Positions 16,846 through 24,571 of a stretch of DNA of 41,140 nt are shown here, in pieces. Each line of letters begins with the position of its first letter. Position 1 is the first letter of the stretch. The stretch lies in the NCBI GenBank assembly GCA_016866975.1, contig VGKP01000007.1, forward strand, positions 1-41,140, written 5' to 3'. A model generated the notes under the pieces. The model had not been told where the DNA came from. It searched no databases and saw nothing but the letters and a program-made list of their open reading frames with translations. The position numbers and the translations under genes were made by a program. This DNA is from Candidatus Pacearchaeota archaeon (GTDB lineage: Archaea > Nanobdellota > Nanobdellia > Pacearchaeales > GW2011-AR1).

Positions 16846-17685
16846 ATGGAAACACTTAATCAATTAAAGAATGAATTACGTTTGAGGGGATTCTCTCCCC
16901 TCACTGTGAGAAATTATTGTTTCTTTGTCGATAAGTTTCTTAAAAGCAGCAATAAGAGTGACTTGGATGTGAATATTGATGATGCAAAGACATATCTTTC
17001 TGGCTTATTCGAAACTAAATCTAAAAACACTATTATGCTTGCGGCTGCCGCTCTGAAATTTTACTTTGTAGAGATACTAAAGAAAGATTTTGCACAAGTT
17101 AAGATGCCTAAGAAGGAGAAAAAACTACCGGAAGTCCTTTCTAAAGATGAGATAAGGTTACTTATTAATTCTACAGACACTGAGAAATCAAGACTTATGA
17201 TATCTCTTCTTTATTCTTCAGGACTAAGAGTATCTGAACTTGTCAATATGAAAGTGCAAGAAATCAATTTCAAGGAATTTACTGGATGGGTAAGAAGAGG
17301 TAAGGGATCTAAAGACAGAATGATTGTACTTTCCGAGGGACTTGTTAAAGATATTGAATCATATCTTAAAGATAGGAATTATACTTATCTTTTTTCCAAA
17401 GATAAACCCTTGACTACCAGGAATATACAGAAAATAATAATGGGCCTTAGGAAGAGGACTGGCATACAGAAGAAAATAACCCCTCATACTTTCAGGCATA
17501 GCTTCGCAACTCATCTTCTCGAGCAAGGAACGGACATAAGGATAATACAGGCTATGCTCGGGCACAGCTCCCTCAATACTACCCAGATATATACACATAT
17601 CTCTGGAGAACAGCTTAAGAAAGTCAAGAATCCCCTCGATCTCCTGCAGGTTCATACCTCTATGCCGCAACAAATCCCAGATTAA
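16846..17685 (+). CDS. xerA: Archaeal Xer-type tyrosine recombinase
   Basis: N-terminal LRLRGFS..T.RNY; GLRVSE, GKG.K.R, HTFRHSFATHLLE.G, LGHS...TT..YTH (R-K-H-R-H-Y). Confidence 0.9.
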   Translation: METLNQLKNELRLRGFSPLTVRNYCFFVDKFLKSSNKSDLDVNIDDAKTYLSGLFETKSKNTIMLAAAALKFYFVEILKKDFAQVKMPKKEKKLPEVLSKDEIRLLINSTDTEKSRLMISLLYSSGLRVSELVNMKVQEINFKEFTGWVRRGKGSKDRMIVLSEGLVKDIESYLKDRNYTYLFSKDKPLTTRNIQKIIMGLRKRTGIQKKITPHTFRHSFATHLLEQGTDIRIIQAMLGHSSLNTTQIYTHISGEQLKKVKNPLDLLQVHTSMPQQIPD

Positions 17686-17770
17686 GGTGCAAAGATTATT
17701 GCTTAGAATCTATTGTAGACACTTTTTAGAAGTAAGATATCATTAAAAGCAAGTATGTTCTTGATGTGAT

Positions 17771-17999
17771 GGCTGAACACGGATAAATCGGTTGTCCTGG
17801 AAAGGATGTGACCATCGAAGCCTCTGTCAGGAAAGCAGCTATAAATCAGGTGACTGGACTATAACTCACTTGACGAAACCTGTACCTGTTAAGCTTTGCA
17901 TGATGGCGCGGAAGAGATCACCTTGATAACATGTCGCAAGGTTAAGATTGATACGGCGATGTTGAAGGCACTTCTTCCACCGAGTCCAGCGCGTCAGCC
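17771..17999 (+). ncRNA. Candidate structured ncRNA of unknown class (~230 nt)
   Basis: Ends pair GGCUGA/UCAGCC; GGAA-tetraloop hairpin 17790-17813; several G.U-containing helices; loop 17854-17860 complementary to 17983-17989; TTAAAAG TATA-like box at 17743. Confidence 0.55.
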
Positions 18000-18009
18000 G
18001 ATATTCAGT

Positions 18010-18159
18010 ATGGCTAGGAAAGCAAGGAAAAAGGCAGGCAAGAAACGTTCTGGAGGGCGTGGAGCGAGTGGCAAGGGTAAGAATTCTAAGATTCGAAAGA
18101 TTAAGGCGTGGTTAAGAAGTAGAGGGAAAAAGAAAGTTAAGAAAAAAAGAAGAAGTTAA
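18010..18159 (+). CDS. 49-aa extremely basic (K/R-rich) protein
   Basis: MARKARKK...KKKRRS; 25 of 49 residues K/R, no D/E; the ORF-track start at 17896 lies inside the RNA structure and is unlikely. Confidence 0.65.
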   Translation: MARKARKKAGKKRSGGRGASGKGKNSKIRKIKAWLRSRGKKKVKKKRRS

Positions 18160-18223
18160 TTCTCCCGGTTTTTATATTCTTACTTCTTTCTCGGTAATTA
18201 CTCGTTCAGATATACTGAAAAAC

Positions 18224-18985
18224 TTATCTTAGTGAGCTATCAATCACTTTCTTGAATTCAGTGTAAGGCAAGTTTCCAGCAATCATCTTTCCGTTGATGA
18301 AGAATGAAGGCGTGCCTTGCACTCCTGATTTTGCACCATCTTCGAGGTCTTTCAGGACGTCGTTTCTTAGTGTCTTGCTTTGCAGGCAGGAAGTTATATT
18401 ATAACCCATTTCGCTAGCCCATAATATCAGCTTTTCTTCTGGAAGGCTTTCATAGTTCTGGAATAATTTGTCATGGTACTTGAAGAATGATTCATCTCCT
18501 CCCTCTTTATGGACGCAGAGAGCGGCCTCTGCTGCTTGCATTGCTTGAGGATGCGCTTGATAAATAGGGAAATTCCTAAATATCATCTTGACTTTTCCTG
18601 TGCTTATGTAATCTCTTTTAATCAGAGGATATGTTTCTTTGCTAAAGACTACGCAGTAAGGGCATTGAAAGTCTGAGAACTCTACGATTGTGACTGGAGC
18701 ATTGCTATTTCCATTCACCGGCCTTCCAGAACCTATGACATCTGTCATGTTAATTACAACATTTCCATTTGGTTGCGATTTGAAATACCAGAACAGTGCA
18801 ATTACTACAAATATGCCTATTATTATCAGATAAGTCTTTTTGCCTGATTGAATCAATTGAGGAGATGATTTGTTTGAACTAGAATTTGGCATATGTACTC
18901 CATGCTTAGCCTTCTGATGCTGTGAAAGGCCATCGTTATCCTTGAATTCCTGATTGCATATGTCGCATCTTGCTCTTTCTGCCAT
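18224..18985 (-). CDS. DsbA-like thioredoxin-fold protein with N-terminal C2H2 zinc finger and TM anchor
   Basis: CDIC...F.....L.QH.KAKH; TM helix; IVEFSDFQCPYC; GVQGTPSFFING. Confidence 0.88.
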   Translation of the reverse strand: MAERARCDICNQEFKDNDGLSQHQKAKHGVHMPNSSSNKSSPQLIQSGKKTYLIIIGIFVVIALFWYFKSQPNGNVVINMTDVIGSGRPVNGNSNAPVTIVEFSDFQCPYCVVFSKETYPLIKRDYISTGKVKMIFRNFPIYQAHPQAMQAAEAALCVHKEGGDESFFKYHDKLFQNYESLPEEKLILWASEMGYNITSCLQSKTLRNDVLKDLEDGAKSGVQGTPSFFINGKMIAGNLPYTEFKKVIDSSLR

Positions 18986-19072
18986 TATAGTTATAAAAAT
19001 AATTATGCTTTTAAGCTTTTGCAAAATTTCTGGCCTTATGGAAGTGTTTAAATAGCAGAGGACATTTGTTGA

Positions 19073-21349
19073 GTGATGAAAGGGGTGAGTGCTAGTGTTT
19101 TTGTTTTGTCTGTTACTTTATTCCTCGTTATATTTTCACTAAGTTTTGTTTTGGCTGAGGAGGCCAAAGTTGTTGCTTCTTCCGAAACTGCTGCAGGCGT
19201 CTCTGCTTCTCCTGATTCTTCAAAGAGTGCTTCTACCAATACTGATGTAAAGACTGAAAGTGGCAGTTCATCTTCAAGCGCAATACCTGAGGAATATAAA
19301 GATGAGAAGCTTGAGGGCAGTACTTCTTTGACCCCTGGGAGTTGGCTTTATTGGTGGGAGGGTGTACGTACAAATTTTAGATCAGATGATGATAATGCCC
19401 GTCAAAAAGCACTTGAAGTTAAGTCTTCTATAGAAAAGGGAGACTTTGAGGCTGCTAAGAAGGCATATGAATCATACAGAGAATATTCAGCAAAATTAGA
19501 GAAAGAAGCCAATCCTGAAAAGAAAGAGAAAATACAGAGAGATTCTGCAGCTGTCAAGAATACAATTAAAGAACTTAAAGAAAGAGTTCCTGAAAAAGAC
19601 CGTAAGGAGCTTGTGGATGGAGTTGTTCAGCAAGCAGAGTTGAATGCAAAAGCAGTCGCTGTTGCTGATAAGATAAAGACACTTTGTCAAGAACTTGCAA
19701 AGATTGATCCTTCCCAATATGCAAAAACCTGTAGAGTTGACAAAGAAACTCCTAAGTGGAGACAGGATCAAGACAAGAAACTAACCGATTCTCAAAAAGA
19801 AGAAGTAAAAAAATTTAAGGATATCATGATTCAATGTATGCAGAGCAAAGGGGCGCAATGCAAGTGTGATGAAATCACTTTTAAGGACTTTGCAACACGG
19901 TGCAGTATTGTTGCTCCCCTTGTTAATGCGTGTGAGAATAAGGGAGATAAAGCATCGTGTGAGAAAATGGATGATGCGACAGAAGGGATTGAAGAGACAT
20001 TGCCTGAGCACTTGCAAGATGCTTTCGCAGATGTTCAAGAAGGTATTAATCGAGAGCAATTTAGCAGATTTTTACCCAAGGAATGTGAAGAAGCAAAAGC
20101 CAAGACTCCTGAAGAATGCTCTCTTGTCATGATTGAGAAACATGCTCCTGAATTATGTAAAGAAGAACTTAAAAAGCAAAAAGTAACAAATGAGCGGGAT
20201 GCACGTAGAATCTGCGAAGAAATAATGTTCAAGGAAAATACGCCAAAGGAATGCATTGATGCAGGAATAAAAGATCCCAGAAAGTGCGGTACTTTTATGT
20301 GTGAGAAAAATTTCCCGCAAGAGTGTAAAGATGCTGGTTTGAGTTGCAGTGATAGAAATTCTCCTAGAAGATGCGAAGAGATAATGAGATTACAAGGTGG
20401 TGGAGAGAGACGACCCCAGTTTTCTTCTACTTCAGGCTCAAGATGCAGGGAGATAAAGGATCCTGAAGACAGACTAAAGTGTTTTGACTCTGTTGATGCT
20501 GCAGTCAATAATGTTGCAGGCCATTATGGGGGTTTTGGTCCTGAAAACTTTGGCAGTTTTAACGATGAATTTTCATTTGAGGGCAATGGTCCTGGCGTAT
20601 CAGAACAAGGAAAGAGAATGAATACTGGCAAGGGTGTGAATCCTGCGAATTTTCCGCCTGAGTGCAGGCAAGCAGGTGCGACTACCAAAGAAGCCTGTGA
20701 GAAGATACTGATTCAGGCAAGCAAGAATCGAGCGAACAAGATGAGAGAATATGAAGAGAACTTTGCTCGACAATGTCTTGAGAAAGGGGGAAGATGGGAT
20801 TGCAGTTTCTCCAGTATAGATCCAAGCAATCCTTGCAGATGTTTCCAGGATGAACAGAGATTCAATAATGCCAATGAGGGCAATCAGTTTGGAAAAGATG
20901 ATCGGCGTTTTGATAATCGTCAACAAGGAAATCAAGGTAAATTCCCTGAACCTTGCAGGCAGAAAGGTGCAACTACTCCTGAGGCTTGCAGAGCAGTGAT
21001 GGAAGAATGGGGCAGGCAGCAGAGGGATCAGGGTGAACAACAGAGGCGAGATAATGATCAGAGGCAGAGAGAATTCCAGCAGCAGCAGGACCAGTTTAGA
21101 CAGGAGCAAGAGCGGTTTAGGCAAGAGCAAGACAAATTCAGAAATCAGCAGCCTCCTCAGCAGCCTCCTACTGGGACACAGCCTCCTGCAGGCACTCAGC
21201 CTCCATCAGAGACCTTACCTCCACCTTCGTCGCCACCTCCATCATCTCCTCCTCCACAAGATACTTCTTCTAGTTCTGGGACATCGGGAAGCAGCATTAC
21301 TGGTGGAGTTATTGCGGAAAATGATTTCTTAAGGTATTATTTTAGATAG
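19073..21349 (+). CDS. Large secreted Cys-rich repeat protein with Q/P/S-rich tail
   Basis: Signal peptide ending VLA; repeats FPPECRQAGATTKEAC, FPEPCRQKGATTPEAC, LPKECEEAKAKTPEEC; ends ITGGVI..NDFLRYYFR. Confidence 0.85.
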   Translation: MMKGVSASVFVLSVTLFLVIFSLSFVLAEEAKVVASSETAAGVSASPDSSKSASTNTDVKTESGSSSSSAIPEEYKDEKLEGSTSLTPGSWLYWWEGVRTNFRSDDDNARQKALEVKSSIEKGDFEAAKKAYESYREYSAKLEKEANPEKKEKIQRDSAAVKNTIKELKERVPEKDRKELVDGVVQQAELNAKAVAVADKIKTLCQELAKIDPSQYAKTCRVDKETPKWRQDQDKKLTDSQKEEVKKFKDIMIQCMQSKGAQCKCDEITFKDFATRCSIVAPLVNACENKGDKASCEKMDDATEGIEETLPEHLQDAFADVQEGINREQFSRFLPKECEEAKAKTPEECSLVMIEKHAPELCKEELKKQKVTNERDARRICEEIMFKENTPKECIDAGIKDPRKCGTFMCEKNFPQECKDAGLSCSDRNSPRRCEEIMRLQGGGERRPQFSSTSGSRCREIKDPEDRLKCFDSVDAAVNNVAGHYGGFGPENFGSFNDEFSFEGNGPGVSEQGKRMNTGKGVNPANFPPECRQAGATTKEACEKILIQASKNRANKMREYEENFARQCLEKGGRWDCSFSSIDPSNPCRCFQDEQRFNNANEGNQFGKDDRRFDNRQQGNQGKFPEPCRQKGATTPEACRAVMEEWGRQQRDQGEQQRRDNDQRQREFQQQQDQFRQEQERFRQEQDKFRNQQPPQQPPTGTQPPAGTQPPSETLPPPSSPPPSSPPPQDTSSSSGTSGSSITGGVIAENDFLRYYFR

Positions 21350-21380
21350 ATTTATATCAAAGTTTCTCTTAGATAATTGT

Positions 21381-21986
21381 ATGGATCTGTTAGAGATGAG
21401 CAGAGGCAGACTCCAAGTATGGGAAGAGACGAAGGAGTATGAATCCTTTGTTTTGAATCAGAGAGCATCTGCTTGCTTGACACAGGAAGAGCCCGTAAAA
21501 TATTCTCTTCAGGGATGGCAAGTATATCGTGGGAGAGAATGGACGGTCTTGGGAGAGCCTTTGAAAGTCGAATTTGAGCAAGTAAAATATTCAGAAGTCG
21601 AACGTTTTCGTGCCCTATTTGCTTTTGCTGACGGCGTTTCCCGTAATCGTTCTCTTTCTAAAGCTGAATGCCTTATGTTGGCGGCGTCAAGTGAAGGCAT
21701 TGTTGAATTTGCTTCCATTTTAGCTCTTCAGTTGCCAACTCCTTCTCGTGCAGAGTATGGGCATTTTGCTCCCGAACAGTATGGTGCTTTTTTCTTGAGA
21801 GCATCGAATATCTCACTTGAGAAACAGCAGGGAATTTATGTCCATGCTTTTCCCCTTTCTAGTCAATTTGTTTCTGAAACTTCTTACACTGAAGCAGTTT
21901 GGCCGCGAATTGTCTCAAGAGGTATTTTGTATCAATTGGAGGCTAAATTGATAAGTGAAGTGAATGATTCTCTGAAAATGCAATGA
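21381..21986 (+). CDS. Hypothetical protein
   Basis: 201-aa ORF following the Cys-rich gene; no motif recognised. Confidence 0.55.
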   Translation: MDLLEMSRGRLQVWEETKEYESFVLNQRASACLTQEEPVKYSLQGWQVYRGREWTVLGEPLKVEFEQVKYSEVERFRALFAFADGVSRNRSLSKAECLMLAASSEGIVEFASILALQLPTPSRAEYGHFAPEQYGAFFLRASNISLEKQQGIYVHAFPLSSQFVSETSYTEAVWPRIVSRGILYQLEAKLISEVNDSLKMQ

Positions 21987-22004
21987 AATATTTAATTAGA
22001 ATAG

Positions 22005-22628
22005 TTATCTTGCAGCATCTGCCTGCTTCTCTGCTTCGTTCTTCTTCATCATGGCGAAGCTATCCATTGTCCCCTTCGCAGCATTGAGGATTTCGTTTGC
22101 AAGTGCATCTGCCATCTTAGTCCTCTTTCCGAAAGATTTTCCATAAGCTCCCTGAATCATCCATCTCAATGCTAGGTTTATTCTTCTTAATGGACTGCAA
22201 TCTACGGCTTGAGGGTATCTTGCCCCTCCAGATTCTATTACTGTGATTTCGTCCCTTGGAGAAGCATTCTCAATCGCTTCTACTAATACTTGAATAGGGT
22301 TCTTATTTGTCTTTTTCTGTATTGTTTCTAGAGTCTGAAGAACTGTCTTCATATTACGATTGTATTTTCCAGATGACCAGCTAGTTATTACCTTGTGTTT
22401 CTTTCCAACATGTCCCGGTACTGCCAGACGGTTTGCTAAGCGTTCAATTATTGGTATTTTCCCCACTGCAAACTTCTCCTTTCTTCTGCCATATGACTTG
22501 AGGAGGAGCTTGTTACCGAGATTTAGATAAGGTTTAAGAGAAGGGTCTTTGACTACGATATCTTGCGTATCGTAGATATCAAAGATTTTGAATGATTCGC
22601 TATGTTCAGTTTGTGATTGGGTTGTCAT
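22005..22628 (-). CDS. rps7: 30S ribosomal protein uS7
   Basis: IERL.N, NP.QVLV.AIEN..PR.E...I..GG..Y..AVD.SP.RR...ALR, E..A..AR. Confidence 0.95.
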   Translation of the reverse strand: MTTQSQTEHSESFKIFDIYDTQDIVVKDPSLKPYLNLGNKLLLKSYGRRKEKFAVGKIPIIERLANRLAVPGHVGKKHKVITSWSSGKYNRNMKTVLQTLETIQKKTNKNPIQVLVEAIENASPRDEITVIESGGARYPQAVDCSPLRRINLALRWMIQGAYGKSFGKRTKMADALANEILNAAKGTMDSFAMMKKNEAEKQADAAR

Positions 22629-22999
22629 GCCCGTTTTCTCCTTATTTTTAAATGATAATGTATGTATCCTGTTTTTCTTTCTTCAGCAAAAACCTCAAAT
22701 TTATTGGCTCTATCACCTAAAATGTTAATGAGATTCTGAGCGCCCTCTTGCATTCTCATTAAGCAATACGATTTTCTTTGTAAGAGAGTCCTTAGGCTTT
22801 TCTGAGATTTTACTATCTCAGTATTTGTAGACATTACATCCGTTTCTCTTCCTACTTCTAGTCCCTGTATACATTCTGCAACATACTCAAAATAAGATAG
22901 TTCTTTCCTTTTTCTTTCAGAGAGTTCTTTAGGAGTGAGATGATCGTAATGATGTATTGTAGGATTTAAAGCAGATGGGGGAGATTGTAGGAATGTCAT
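22625..22999 (-). CDS. Hypothetical protein inserted between rps12 and rps7
   Basis: 124-aa ORF, coupled to both neighbours. Confidence 0.6.
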   Translation of the reverse strand: MTFLQSPPSALNPTIHHYDHLTPKELSERKRKELSYFEYVAECIQGLEVGRETDVMSTNTEIVKSQKSLRTLLQRKSYCLMRMQEGAQNLINILGDRANKFEVFAEERKTGYIHYHLKIRRKRA

Positions 23000-23001
23000 G
23001 T

Positions 23002-23424
23002 TTATCTTCTACCTTTCTCGATCTTTCCTTTGACGAGAAGATGCAATGGCTGCTCATTTACTTTTATGACTTGGAAGCGGATTCCTGGAATATCTCCCTT
23101 AGAACGACCCATACGACCGCCGATGCGCTCGATTATGACTTCATCGTGTTCGTCGATGAACTTTTGTGCTAGGTTGCGCGGAATGAATGCACCTACTTGA
23201 ATACTATTCTTAATAAGCTGGACTTTGCAACACTTTCTCATTGCAGAGTTTGGTTGTCTTGCTTCTTTCTGGAATTTAGAAATGACTATTCCTTTTGCCT
23301 GTGATGAACCTTCGAGTGGATCAACTTTTTCTCTAAGGCCCAGCATCCTTTTTTTATACATGCGCTGACTCCACTTAAACTTCTTCTGGCGCTTCATCAT
23401 CTTTCGTGCATTCATTAAACCCAT
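23002..23424 (-). CDS. rps12: 30S ribosomal protein uS12
   Basis: QPNSA.RKC..VQLIKN, IDEHDEV, GDIPG.RF.V.KVN. Confidence 0.97.
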   Translation of the reverse strand: MGLMNARKMMKRQKKFKWSQRMYKKRMLGLREKVDPLEGSSQAKGIVISKFQKEARQPNSAMRKCCKVQLIKNSIQVGAFIPRNLAQKFIDEHDEVIIERIGGRMGRSKGDIPGIRFQVIKVNEQPLHLLVKGKIEKGRR

Positions 23425-23582
23425 ATTTTGAAGAGCAAAAAGTGGTTTTTAAACCTTTAGCTTAAAGAATTTATTTGCTGATGAAATCATTAATATCATT
23501 GAATAAATAGGATAATTAAAGCTCGTATAAATCCTCTAAATTTAAGTAGAAGTTAAAACCCAAAGTGCTTTGTAACATTTCA

Positions 23583-23996
23583 CTACACTATCTTTAGATC
23601 CATACCGAACGTGTCCTTGATTATCTGCTGTAGCTCATCTTCCCTTCTTCTGTTGCGGCCGATTAGGGCAGCCTTGCTCTGGCTTCCTGCAGTAAGAATC
23701 AATGTACCTTCCTTTATTTCCAATGAATGGAATGTAATTGGCGCGACTATATCTTTGATGAACTTTTCTGCTTCTTCGACATCATTTGCTTCCCCTATTA
23801 TTCTTATTTTCTTGCCCAATTTTTCCTGTATGCTGTGGATGTGAGAAGCACCTGGGCCGATAGCTTTCGCCATGAGGGCCCTTGGGACAGCAAATATTAT
23901 CATATTATTGTAATTGAAACATTTTCTAGTCTTGACTTTTGCCGTGGAATCAAGCAGGTTTATGTATCTGATAGTTTGTAGATCAAATGTTGTCAT
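23583..23996 (-). CDS. nusA: Archaeal NusA-like KH-domain protein
   Basis: KAIGPG...I, ALIGRN.R two KH GxxG-like loops; canonical position before rps12. Confidence 0.85.
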   Translation of the reverse strand: MTTFDLQTIRYINLLDSTAKVKTRKCFNYNNMIIFAVPRALMAKAIGPGASHIHSIQEKLGKKIRIIGEANDVEEAEKFIKDIVAPITFHSLEIKEGTLILTAGSQSKAALIGRNRRREDELQQIIKDTFGMDLKIV

Positions 23997-24086
23997 TCTT
24001 AATTAAAAATTTAACTTCTTCCTCTTATTTTCATTTTATTTCTGAAGTATATAAACTTATTGGTGATTTTCTCGTCGGCAAATGAA

Positions 24087-24566
24087 TTAATTCTCCATCT
24101 GTATTTTTACTTTATGCTTCTTGAGAAAGTTATTTTGAGCCTGGTACATCACTTTAACAAACTTTTCTAGCTCCTCTTTAGATGGTTTATCTTTTAACAT
24201 TACAAGACTTCTTCCATCAAGGAGTTCTATAATAAAATAACTCTTTACTGAAAAATAATAATAGAGGCCGCAAACAAGTGTAATAAAAAGATAAATCCAC
24301 ATGGCTGAGAGATAGGAAGCCTTATTTGTGATAAGGAATGTTACGAACATACCTGCCCCAATAACTCCAAAAATTGCAGTAAGTTTGAGAGAAAGAGAAC
24401 TTTTTTCAGTGATTTCTCGGTATTTTGAGCTGATGGTAGTAAATGGAATTCCGTAATGTGCGTGTGTGGCAAGGTTCTTATAAGAATAGTCTACCCCTCT
24501 ATCTTCAAGGGCAATTGTAACACGTTCAGTTCCACGTTTTTGATCGATACTTATTTTAGTTGACAT
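24087..24566 (-). CDS. Two-TM hypothetical membrane protein
   Basis: Two hydrophobic helices; occupies the usual rpl30e position. Confidence 0.7.
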   Translation of the reverse strand: MSTKISIDQKRGTERVTIALEDRGVDYSYKNLATHAHYGIPFTTISSKYREITEKSSLSLKLTAIFGVIGAGMFVTFLITNKASYLSAMWIYLFITLVCGLYYYFSVKSYFIIELLDGRSLVMLKDKPSKEELEKFVKVMYQAQNNFLKKHKVKIQMEN

Positions 24567-24571
24567 GACTT

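Noticed and set aside
16846-17685. Integron integrase
   Set aside because: 279 aa with no evident IntI-specific insertion and no adjacent cassette array; fits housekeeping XerA.
17771-17999. RNase P RNA, SRP RNA, glmS ribozyme or hammerhead
   Set aside because: No GAGGAAAGUCC/CR-V pair, no helix-8 CAGG..GNRA..AGCA, no AGCGC cleavage site or GUUAUCGA, no CUGANGA core; only short word matches. An Infernal search is needed to close this.
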